The notes under the pieces: model-generated
Seen by the model: only the letters and a program-made list of their open reading frames with translations
Told to the model about the DNA's origin: nothing
Database searches by the model: none
Shown: positions 1 through 11,453 of the stretch, one piece after another
Layout of the letters: every line of letters starts with the position of its first letter
Position numbering within the stretch: position 1 is the first letter of the stretch
Made by a program: the position numbers and the translations under genes
Assembly: GCF_009914755.1 (NCBI RefSeq)
Contig: NC_060935.1
Direction: 5' to 3' (one strand)
From: the human T2T-CHM13v2.0 reference genome, Homo sapiens
DNA: 64,000 nt

Positions 1-1403
1 ATTTCATTCATTTGATCTTCCATCACTGATACCCTTTCTACCAGTTGATCAAATCGGCTACTGAGGCTTGTGCATTCGTCACGTAGTTCACATGCCATGG
101 TTTTCAGCTCCATCAGGTCCTTTAAGGACCTCTCTGCATTGGTTATTCTAGTTAGCCATTCGTCTAATTTTTTTTCAAGGTTTTTAACTTCTTTGCCTTG
201 GGTTCGAACTTCTTCCTTTAGCTCAGAGTAGTTTGATCATCTGAAGCCTTCTTCTCTCAACTCGTCAAAGTCATTCTCTGTCCAGCTTTGTTCCGTTGCT
301 GGTAAGTAGCTGCATTCCTTTGGAGGATGAGAGGCGCTCTGATTTTTAAAGTTTCCAGTTTTTCTGCTCTGTTTTTTCCCCATCTTTGTGGTTTTATCTA
401 CTTTTGGTCTTTGATGATGGTGACGTACAGATGGGGTTTTGGTGTGGATGTCCTTTCTGTTAGTTTTCCTTCTAACAGTCAGGACCCTCAGCTGCAGGTC
501 TGTTGGAGTTTCCTGGAGGTCCACTCCAGACCCTGTTTGCCTGGGTATCAGCAGCGGAGCCTGCAGAACAGCATATATTGGTGAACAGCAAATGTTGCTG
601 CCTGATCATTCCTCTGGAAGTTTTGTCTCAGAGGAGTACCCAGCCGTGTGAGGTGTCAGTCTGCCCTTACTGGGGGCTGTCTCCCAGTTAGGCTACTCGG
701 GGTTCAGGGACCCACTTGAGGCAGTCTGTCTGTTCTCAGATCTCCAGCTGCATGCTGGGAGAACCACTACTCTCTTCAAAGCTGTCAAACAGGGACATAT
801 AAGTCTGCAGAGGTTTCTGCTGCGTTTTGTTTGCTTATGCCCTGCCCTCAGAGGTGGAGCCTACAGAGGCAGGCAGGCCTCCTTGAGCTGTGGTGGGCTC
901 CACCTAGTTCAAGCTTCCTGGCCGCTTTGTTTACCTACTCAAGCCTCGGTAATGGCAGGTGCCCCTCCCCCAGCCTCACTGCCACCTTGCAGTTTGGTCT
1001 CAGACTGCTGTGCTAGCAATCAGCGAGGCTCCGTGGGCGTAGGACCCTCCGAGCCAGGCATGGGATATAAAATCTCCTGTTGTGCCATTTGCTAAGACCG
1101 TTGGAAAAGTGCAGTATTAGGGTGGGAGTGACCTGATGTTACAGGTGCCATCTGTCACCCCTTTCTTTGACTAGGAAAGGGAATTCCCTGACCCCTTGCG
1201 CTTCCCAGGTGAGGCGATGCCTCGCCCTGCTTAAGCTCATGCTTGGTGCACTGAACCCAGTGTCCTGCACCCACTTTCTGACACTCCCCAGTGAGATGAA
1301 CCCGGTACCTCAGTTGGAAATGCAGAAATCACTCGTCTTCTGCGTCACTCATGCTGGGAGCTGTAGACTGGAACTGTTCCTATTCGGCCATCTTGGCTCC
1401 ACT
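1..1403 (-). mobile_element. 5' end (5'UTR plus start of ORF1) of a primate L1PA3/L1PA4-type LINE-1; continues left of the window
   Basis: Minus strand begins GGAGCCAAGATGGCCGAATAGG (YY1 site intact, 1385-1395). ORF1 ATG at 383 gives MGKKQSRKTGN..., with a premature TGA at 237-239 (CGA>TGA). Retains the 129-bp 5'UTR segment (~508-636) deleted in L1PA2/L1HS. Confidence 0.95.
952..1095 (+). pseudogene. L1 ORF0 remnant (antisense ORF), frameshifted and truncated to 47 aa
   Basis: ATG at 952 gives MAGAPPPASLPPCSLVSDCCASNQRGSVGVGPSEPGMGY, matching the ORF0 N-terminus, then diverges to a stop ending at 1095. Confidence 0.85.
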
Positions 1404-1410
1404 TCCTATG

Positions 1411-2000
1411 TTTTTTAAATTAATTTATTTTTTAGATTGACAGATAAAATTGTGTATTTATATAGTACAACATGGTGTTTTGAAGTACATATACATTGCT
1501 GAATGGTTAAATCTGGCTAGTTAACATGCATTATCTCACATTATCATTTTTTATAGTGAGAGCACTTAATGTCCTCTCTTAACATTTTTCAGAAATACAG
1601 TATTTTATCTATAGTCACCATGGTGTAGTCACCGTGCAATTGATCTATTAAACTTATTCCTTCTACCTAGCTGTAATTTTATATCCTTTGGCCAACATCT
1701 TCCTAACCCCTCCCTCAACTGCCCCAGCCTCTGGTAACTATCATTCTTCTCTCTACTTCTGTAAGATCAACTTTTTTAGATTCCACATATTAGTAAGGTT
1801 GTACACTATTTGTCTTTCCATGCCTGGCTTGTTTCACTTAATATAATGTCCTTCAGGTTCATCTGTGTTGTTGCAAATGGCAGGATTTCCCTTTTTTTAT
1901 GGCCAACTAGTATTCCATTGTGTATATATACTACATTTTATTTATTCATTCATCCATTGATGGTTGCTTAAGTTGATTCCACATCTTGGCTATTGCAAGT
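1411..2000 (-). mobile_element. Old L1MA-type LINE-1 3' end
   Basis: T-rich tail followed by typical L1M 3'UTR/ORF2-end text (ttagattccacatat...tggcttgtttcacttaa...tattccattgtgtatata). Confidence 0.8.
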
Positions 2001-2151
2001 ATAATTTATCTTTGGACTTACCACTTCTCTATTTGATAATTATCTGTCTGCTATATTATACCAACAGCCTTCAAGCTCCCGAATGGCAGAGTCTGTACCC
2101 AAGTTTTATCTCTATAACAAGTCTATTGTAGCAGGTCTGTTGTATTGTTTG

Positions 2152-2181
<30 letters not shown>
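2152..2181. repeat. (CT)n(AT)n compound microsatellite
   Basis: Directly visible. Confidence 0.95.
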
Positions 2182-2183
<2 letters not shown>

Positions 2184-2254
2184 GATACTTTGCCATGTTC
2201 TAGACTTGGAAAATGATTGACTAGGACTCATGAACCCATGGCCATTCCTTAGAT

Positions 2255-2515
2255 AATAATGATCACAGCCGTAACAGCTAATACTGATTGAGGGCCTACT
2301 ATGTGACAGACACTGTTAAGGGTGTTACCTGTCATAATTCCATTTAATCCTTATAATAACCTCATAGGGGTAGAGTAGATACTATTGTCATCTCTGTTTT
2401 CCAAATGAGGAAAATTAAACATTCAAAGATAAAATAATTTGTCCAAGGTCACATAGCTAGTAAATGGTAGACTAGTATTTGAACCAAAGCTTTCTGGCTG
2501 CAGAGTCATATCACT
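2255..2515 (-). mobile_element. MIR SINE
   Basis: MIR core in reverse orientation (aatgaggaaa...tttgtccaaggtcacatagctagtaaatgg...tttgaacc). Confidence 0.8.
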
Positions 2516-3474
2516 ATTGTAGACTTGCACTGAAATGAATAAAACTTCTCCTATGCATGTCTCCTCTTAAAGATGGCTTTAAATCTAATTCCTCAAGGCT
2601 GTTATTTATTTTTGTTTAAAGTGACTTACCTTCCCTGTTTGCTCTTTGAGCCTTCTGAGAAGGGCAAGGATGCAGCAGAGAGAGCCTTGGAGAGAGTAAA
2701 CTGTATTCTCAGGAATACAATGGCAGAAGAGCACCTGGAGAGATTTGAGCAGTGCCCTTTTCCCTTTCCTTGGGAGGTGACAGGCTAAGAGGGTGCTTTC
2801 ATGGCAGTGGCTGCCCTTTCAGCTTCAGGCTTGTGTACCTTGTACATGATGAGACTGGAGAACAGTGGACTGTCTGAGCCAGTGACCGTGCAGGCTGCTC
2901 TCTGGAAAAGCAGGGTGTGAATGCAAATTTATTGTCCTGGGACATTCCCCAATATAAATAGACTTTTTGTGCTAACTCCTGCTTTTCCAATTGAGGGCTA
3001 TTTTCTCTTTCTTTTTTTAAAACAATCTTTCTAGATGGCATTTTTTTTCCTTCCTGTCTTTGAGTGATAGGGCTCACATCTAGGAAGGAAATGATCTTTT
3101 ACTTCAAAGGTTATATCCCTGTCAGACTTAAAGTTGTTTAAAATTAAGTCTTTGCCTCTGGAGCTCTGAGTCAAGGTGAAGAATGCTCACTCCAGAGTTC
3201 TGACTCCTTGAGGACTAGAAGTAAGAGTGAACTCTTGCCTTGAGCCAGGTACAGTCGGTCAGGGAATAAGTCTTTATTGAGCCTTGACTAGGTGCTTGGG
3301 CTTGTGATAGGATGAAATCCTTGCCCCCAAGTTGCTTACAACCATGGGGAAATGGTGTAGGAGAGTCAAGATCATAATATGTGAAATAACCAGACAACAG
3401 TAAGATAATACATAATTAAGAACCAAATACATATATCAAACTCAAGCAGTTGTAAGCATTCTCAGAATCAGTGT

Positions 3475-3705
3475 GATGCAATGGTTAAAGAATTTTGGCT
3501 TTGGGGTTAGAGGTTCTGGGTTTGAATTCCAGCTTTACCACCTGCTAGCTATATAACTTTAGACCTACTATTTAACTATTTAAACTATTTAAACTAAGGA
3601 GTTTAACTATTTAAACTCCTTAGGCCTTAGTTTTCTCATCTGCAAAATGGAGATGATAATAGTATCTAAAGTAAGTTTGCTGTTAGGCTTAAATAAGATG
3701 ATCCA
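3475..3705 (+). mobile_element. MIR SINE with a rearranged core
   Basis: ctgggtttgaattccagct...ccttagttttctcatctgcaaaatggagatgataatag. Confidence 0.8.
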
Positions 3706-6700
3706 TTCATTCAGTTAAAAAAAATTTCAGTGCCTTCTTTGTGCAAGGCACTATTTTAAGTATGTGGAATACACAGATGACCTTGGAATCTCAGTGGCAA
3801 TAACGACAAATGTTTGTTTTTCTCACATACTACATGTCCACTCTGGATCAGCTTTAGCTCTGCTCCCTTCTCCTTTATTCTAAGACCAAAGCTAAAGGTG
3901 AGCCCCTATGTGGGAAATGCTGGCAAAGGGAAAAGGGCAATAGAAAACCATGCAATCCACCCTAGTAGAGCAGAAAATCACTGTTGGGGCAGAGTGAGAA
4001 GTGATTTCAGATGGAGAGAAAGAGAGTCCTGAAGGCCCACTAGATTAGAACATTATTGCAGTGATTCAGATGAAAGATCTTGACATTCTGGACTTGGATA
4101 AGCACAGTAGCAAAGGAGAGAAGAGAACAGGTGGAGGGAACAAGGATACAGGGAAATGGAGAGGACTTAGTGAGTGGCTGTATTTGAGGAATAAGGGAGA
4201 AGGATGGAGCTAAACTAAGAGCACTAGCTTCCAAAATTAGCTGTGCTACTAAGTTTACTTAGTTGTGTAAACTCAAGTCATTGAACCTCTCTGGCCTTGA
4301 GTTTTGAACATTTATAAAATGAGAGTCCTGAGTTTGATGTGGTCCCTAAGGTTCCTTCCAGCTCTATTCCTCTGGCTCTAAAACTCCAAGGTCTTTGTTC
4401 TGGAAGACCACACACTACTGGGAGTGGTGCTATTGGGAGGCTAAATTAATTTCGAGAGAAAGATGTTACAAAAACCTAGTTTTGCATTTGTCTGCTTCTA
4501 TTGGGTTGTGTGCCTTTCCTTTTTGCCTTTGCTCGTAGCCTTCGCTTTCTCCTTGGCTTGATTGTGAATCCAGAAAGGAGATAGAATTTATTCTTCATCT
4601 CCAAGGTGGGATCCTTGGGAAGACACAGGGCCTGGAGGTCGTGGAACTAATGCAGCCTTGTGTACAACGCCTTTCCAGTGTCTTTGGTATCTTGGCATCT
4701 TTATATGCTTCCATTAGCATATTTTGCAGTATGATAACATCTTCACAGATGTTAGCCAGGAGGTCTGTTTGGAGAGAAACTTTATGTTCCCCTATTCCCA
4801 CATATCCACAGAATCAGAAACTTTGGCCAACTCTTTCTTCTTCTCAAGGGCATGCTTCTTCCTCTCTTTTATCTCTTGCTTGCTCCTTCTCATGGGAAGA
4901 GGAGCAACTTGTCTCATTGGTTAGAGTCTGGCAATCATTTGGTCCCTCTTTGTTGTACAGAGTTAATGTGTTAACAACTCCTGCTCCAAAAAGACAACAT
5001 GGTCTTATCCTTTTCTTTTGCTTTCTTTGATCACCTAGTTCAGGCAGGGTGGGCCTTCCTTCTGCTCACCATTACAGTAAGCAGATTAGGATGGAATTGC
5101 CTCTGATAAACCCAGACAGGTCTTTCTTTCAACTTCTCTTTCAGGTCACTTTTCCCCTGGGATTTAGATAACATTAATTTAGTCGGAGAGGCGGCAGAAA
5201 ACACCTGCTATAGCCTCTGACACCAGTCCATGTAAGTCAGCACTGTACTTTATTAGTTGGGTCTCCATTAGCAAAAGTAGTACCTTGATCACAGTTTAGC
5301 TGCTTAGTTTCTGCTCTTCCTGTTTGAAATTGGAGAATCTAGTAAATAAGTGACACCATGACCTTTGGCAGAACCCGTTCGGCATCACATCACAGTTGTT
5401 AATGGTTTCCTATCCCTCTTTCCCAGCTTTGCCAGTAGGAGAGTACAATTATCAAAGAGGAAGACGGTTTGCATCTTGCATCGTAGGAAGTAGTTTACAA
5501 AGCTGAGTGGCCATCAACCAGTATATGCTTGACCCATAAACTGTGCTTCCAGGAAACAGTCCAGCTTTATATCCTGGCATTTTAACCATTTCAGATGGTC
5601 TTTTCAGTTAAATGATTACTTTGACTTCTCAGTATTAAATTTATTATGCAGTATGAGCTCTCTGAAGATGAATGTTGTACTTAATTTTTTTAAAAAAAAA
5701 CCTCCTTCTCATACCCATCCCTATTCCATATCCCATATAGTGTTTTGTAATAAAACTTTTCAACTGGAAAGTACTTAATAAATTCTGACATGATATCGAA
5801 AGACTTTTTTTTGTTGTTTGTTTGTTTCTAAAATGAGAGGCCAACTCAGTTGAAATGGCTAAGCCATTTGTGTGCATAGTTGCAATCCCAGTTGATTCGT
5901 TACAGAAAAAATTTAAATCTTAATAATTATTTTCAGGACCTCTGTCATGAGACAGAGCTCATGGGCCTTGATTTATTCCACAAACATGTATACCAGATAC
6001 TGTATGAGGCACAACAGAGAAAAAGAATAAGCCAGGGGCCTTGCTTTCAAGGCATCATAGCCCAGTTGAGAAATGAAATTCCTGAACAAAGAATTATAAT
6101 CTACCAGTATGAGAACCCACATAGAGAAATGTGTTAAGTGCTATGGGAAGCAGAGTAAAATATGACTAGTTCTTCCTAGGAATCAAGGAAGATTTCACAG
6201 ATGTTGACTCATTCCGACCAGTGACTTGAAAAGAACTGTACAACAGTAAGTTGAATGGTGACAGGTAGAGAATGGACATCCTAATGGTAAGCTCTGTTAG
6301 TTACAAGGAGATTTTAGAACTATGGTTAAGGGGAAAGTGTGCATTGCCTCACTATTTAAGTCCTTTGTCAGCATTGTGCTTTATTTTGCAAGGAGAGGGT
6401 TTTGCCAGCATTTATCCTTCTGGTTCTAGGCAAAGCTTGGGTATAAAAGAAGTAAACTTGGCATATTCTGAGGCAGCCATAATTTGAAGCCTTTCAGTCT
6501 TGATGTTTCACTCATTCATTCATTTGTTTATTCATTCTCTCCTGCTCTTTCTGTGCAATCTGATAGAACAAAATTTAGTTTCTTTTTAACCATCCCCTAT
6601 TCTTTCAGTTCTTCTTTGGTATAACTATGTCTCCTGTTTCTTACTGTGTTTGTCGGAGACTAATTGTAAGAAACCAAAATCCATCCAAACTAGTTCAATC

Positions 6701-8979
6701 AACACAGAGTGGTAAGGAAAGGATATGGTACATTTCATAAGACCCAATAAAAGCAAGTATTTCTGTGCCTGGTGGAGACAGGAGTAGGAATTGCTTACAA
6801 CCAGAGATTACTCTCACAGTCTTCTTTCTTCTCTTTTTCTCTTTCTCCTTTTTGCATCACTCTCTACCTTCCAGAACAGCCTCCTCTTTTTACTTGTGTC
6901 TCTCTTCTTCCTATGTAATTTCAGCTTGCACTGGCATCACTTTGGCCCATGCCCTGCAGTTCTCTGATGCACATTTACCCTTATCTTAACACTGTCTCAA
7001 AAGAAAACCCAGCCAATTCATCTGTCCGTTAATTAGCTGCTTGAGTTAGGTGGGCATACCTAGTCCAGTCAGCTACAGTAAAAAAGTATGCGTGTGTTGG
7101 GGTTGGGAATTTATCTGGTTATATAGGGCTTCTCCTCCCCAAGGCCAGGGTAGAGCAGAAGGGTAAATTGGGAAAGGTAGGCAGAATTGAATGATACTCT
7201 GCTTTATTTCCCTAGAGAGACAAACCAGCGTACAATCTAAGATGACAGTTGAGATTTTCTTAACGAAAGTTTTTCATAGTTGGACAACAGAGTGCTCCTA
7301 CATGCCCACATTCAGTGTCCATTCCAAAACAAATTCTACTTCTTCCATGTGTAGCATTTTGCAGATAAACTGAGTAGTGATTATTCATCCAGCACATAGT
7401 TCTTACCCCTGTTTCTCACTTGCTTTGGCCTCGGCAGGCCGGGATATATGAGAAAAACCAAGAATTTGGAGTCACTGGATTTATTAGTTCCATCTCTTAC
7501 TAATTCAGTGACCATGAATAAGCTCCAACATCTTAGAACCTCTCTTCCCTGATTCAAAAAATGAGGTTGACTTGTGCCTCACCAGCCTCCCTGGATACTT
7601 ACAAGGGGCACATGATAAATGTGTGTGGAATGACTTTGTGAATAGTAAAGCACTGTGCAAATGAGTTCAATTATTAACAAATTATGTTAGAGATGGAAAC
7701 AAAGGTTGATTTTTGGCTTGTCTGACATTTAGCATGAAGTACTAAGGAATAGATTCTCTGATATCTGCTCATCCAAGTCAAGGCATGGTTTTAGGCAAGA
7801 TTCGTAAACAACACGTTTCTGGTGCTCTGGCTCTCAGACTGTCATCAAGCATGTGAAGTTCCTTGAATGAAAGACGTAATGGAAACAAATGGGTGCATGC
7901 TCCTACATCAATGTGTGTGTGTCAGTATGGCCTCCAGGCATGATAGAGGACCTTTCATTTTTTAGCTGAAATTATTTTAATCATTATAGTGGTATTAAAT
8001 GGGCTGTTATCGGGGTGCTTCTTTTAGTTAGATGGTGATGGTGAAAGAAAAACATGGACCACAAATGTGATTTAACTGAGGATCATCTTTACTTGGTGTG
8101 GATAAGAACAAAGAAAAGACCAAACTTGTGAACATACAAGATCACCTTACCTGGCCCTCCTCTGTCAGTCACAGGTTAGGTATGCAATAGATAATCCTCA
8201 GTACTACTACTCTGTTCCAGGATGGAGAATTAAGGAGAGGGGAGGTTGGAGGTGCTGCCAGCTCTTTTTCTTTGTCTTTTCTGTGGTTGTATTATGTCTC
8301 TGTGCTGTGGTGGGATAATGAGGAAATATTATGAGAATAATGTTCTTTCTCTGTGGGAAAAAAAGTTGTATATATATATACATATATATGTTTACCACTT
8401 CAGATGTATTATTTGAAGAGAGGCAACTTGATGTAATGGAAGGACCATGGGCTTTGAAGTTATACAGACACGAATTCAAAAATCAAATCCCACATTAACT
8501 ATTTTTTAGTGGATATGACCTTGGGAAATTACTTAACCTCTGTGAACTTTTCAGATGTTTCATCCATGCAATGCAGATAATAGTGCAGATATGTGATCCC
8601 CTAGGACAGGGCCTAGCACATAGATGCTCACTAAATGGTGCCTATAGTGGTAACTATGTAGGCCCCTGATGGTCCTTGGCCCCAAGTGGCAGCTGCAGTG
8701 GAAATTTTAATCAGAAGGTTAGGGGGACTTCTTTCTAAAACCACGGTTAGTTTGTAAGGCTGCTCACAGCCCTCTGTTGCAGTTATAACATTCACTGAAT
8801 CACATAGAGGGACCTTTGGGGAAAGAGAGCACTGCCCAAGGCATAGCGGACTAAAGGCCTAAAGGAAACTTAGACGGGGAATGGGGATTTAAAACTCAAT
8901 GATTTGATTGTGGGTAGCCCAAAGAGAATGTTTAACTTGGATTCAAACTTTGAGTGTAGACTGTAGAATTGAATTTAAG

Positions 8980-9240
8980 AAAGTTTTATTATTTAATCCC
9001 CTGCTATGTGGCAGGTACCATGCAAAGTAGCTTGCATACTTAATTTAATTTACTGTTCATGGTAGCTGTACAAGGTAGGTGGGATTATTCTCACTTTGAA
9101 AATAAGTAAAAGAAGCTAAATAATTTGTTGAAGGTCACACAGCTAGTTGAAGGTCACACAGCTAGAAGTTGAGGGTTCGCACTCAACCCAGTTCTGTCTG
9201 TTTCCAAATTCCACATTTTTCCCAATATGCCTCACGGCTA
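8980..9240 (-). mobile_element. MIR SINE containing a perfect 19-bp tandem duplication
   Basis: Reverse MIR core; gttgaaggtcacacagcta x2 at 9127-9164. Confidence 0.75.
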
Positions 9241-9619
9241 CCAGATCTCATAGCCCACTTGCTTAGTGCAGTAATTTCTAATCATGGCCCTTGGATCCCT
9301 GAAGGATTCAAGGGGATCCCTGAAGATAGAAATGAATTCTATGTGCCATTTTCATTATTTCAAAAACTTTAATGGAAAATCTTATATTTAGTTGCAACAA
9401 GTTTATACTTGGTAACAAAAATGGCATGTTTCTTTGCTTACAGTTAACTGTTTTTCTCCCATGGTGACCTAGTTTGTCAGTTATTGATGTATGTAATAAA
9501 ACTAATTAAACACTCAAAAATGCTTTTGGTTAGACAAAGTCTTTCAGATTCTGAAGCTCATGGGGAGGGTAAATGGGTGTTCTTGATGGTAAAAAATATA
9601 TGAAATATAGTCAGATTTG

Positions 9620-9958
9620 AAGACTGCAAATTGATGGGTCATCAGCCAATTCTGGCCTAAAGATGCATTTTGTTTGGCTAATAAAATGGTGGTGTTTTTT
9701 AATTTATAAATTCCTGACAAACATTTAAAAATTAGAAAATGTCACATCAAAAAGCAGATGTTTAAGCTTCTTTTCAAAATTCAAAAGTTCTGGCATTAGT
9801 GGATCCACATTTGTCCATGACAATAACCAGCTGGAACCGGGTTGTTACTTAGATGAACCACGTGCTTTTTCCAGTTTCCCACAGCCTCCACCTGACCCAG
9901 TTCATTGATGTATATTACCTGTCAGGCTCAGTAAGCATGTGAGTCTGTGATTCCTGGG
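9620..9958. mobile_element. hAT-Charlie non-autonomous DNA transposon (MER102-like)
   Basis: ctggcctaaagatgcattttgtttggc and an A/T-rich body resemble the remembered MER102 consensus. Confidence 0.5.
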
Positions 9959-11453
9959 CTAGCTCAGACTCCTCATCATCTTGTTTGGCTATGGAGTAAA
10001 ACCCATTTTCCGTCTGTGATCACTCACATCTTTTGTACTCTGTACAGCTTTGTGTCTTGGGACTTTTTTCTTATGTTGTTATTTTATGTCTTTCATGTAA
10101 ATAGGTCTGTTTGACAAGAGCCACATTCTCATCAGTTCACAGTTGGCATTGTTTTGGGGGCTGGAAATGCAGAGGAGTCTTATGGTGCTCGCACCCTGAG
10201 GGAGGTCACAGTCTAGCCTTGTTTCTTTTTAATTTACAAAGCATCCAGCATTCTGATGTGCATGTTCAGGACTTATTAGAATGTGGAGATTAACAGCATG
10301 GGATTTGGTATCAGAAAGACCTAGGTTAGAGTACTGATGTAGTTTATGTAAACTCTTCAGCTTCTGTTTTCTTGTCTTTAAAAGGGGGATAATTAATAGT
10401 ACTTATGGGATACAGTGAGGTTTGAATGACCCAGTGATTATAAGGGGCTTAGTTCCAATCCATAACATTTAATAACTGCCAAATACCTGGTAACTCTTAT
10501 TACTAGGGCTGGACATACAGTTGGCTCTCAATTGATGCTTGTTGAATTAACAAATAAATTGAACAAATTGAGTGTAAGGAATTAGATGTATTCAGACAAA
10601 TAACTGCAATGGATGATGTCACCAAAAGTGTCTCCAGCAGGCCTAAGGACTATGAATTTATTTATTTTTTTTATAATTTCAACTTTTATTTTAGGTTCAA
10701 GAGGTACACTTGCTTCATTTGTTACATTAATATATTGCATGATGCTGAGGTATGGGGTACAATTGATCCTATCACCCAGGTAGTGAGTGTAGTACCTAAT
10801 AGTTTTTCAACCCTTGCCCCACTCCCTTCCCCGTCTAGTAGTCCCTAGTGTCTATTATTGCCATCTTTATGTCTGTGTGTACCCAGTATTCAGCTCCCAC
10901 TTACAAATGAGAATATGCAGTATTTGGTTTTTGTTCCTGTGTTAATTCACTTAGGATAATGACCTTCAGCTGTATCCATACTGCTGCAAAGGACATGGTT
11001 TTGTTCTTTTTATGACTACATAGTATTCCATGGTGTCTTTGTATCATATTTGCTTTATCCAGTGCACTGCTGATGGGCACACAAGGTTGATTCCATGTCT
11101 TTGCTATTGGGAATAGTGCTGTGATGAACTAAGAGCGCATGTAACTTTTTGGTAGAATGATTTATTTTCTATTGGATATATACCCAGTAATGGGATTGCT
11201 GGGTTGAATAATAATTCTGTTTTAAGCTCTTTAACTGCTTTCCACAGTGGCTAAACTAATTTACATTCCCATCAACTGTGTATAAACATTTCCTTTTCTC
11301 CATAGCCTCACCAGCATCTGTTGTTTTTTGACCTTTTAATAATAGCAATTCTGACTGGTGTGAGATGGTATCTCATTGTGGTTTTGACTTGCATTTCTCT
11401 GAGGATTAGTAATGTTGAACATTTTTCCATATGTTTGTTGGCCGCTTGGATGT

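Noticed and set aside
4641-5030. 129-aa ORF and other 100-135 aa unique-sequence ORFs (28404-28784, 52922-53302, 61354-61761)
   Set aside because: Non-ATG starts, no recognisable domains or exon structure; lengths are expected by chance in 64 kb.
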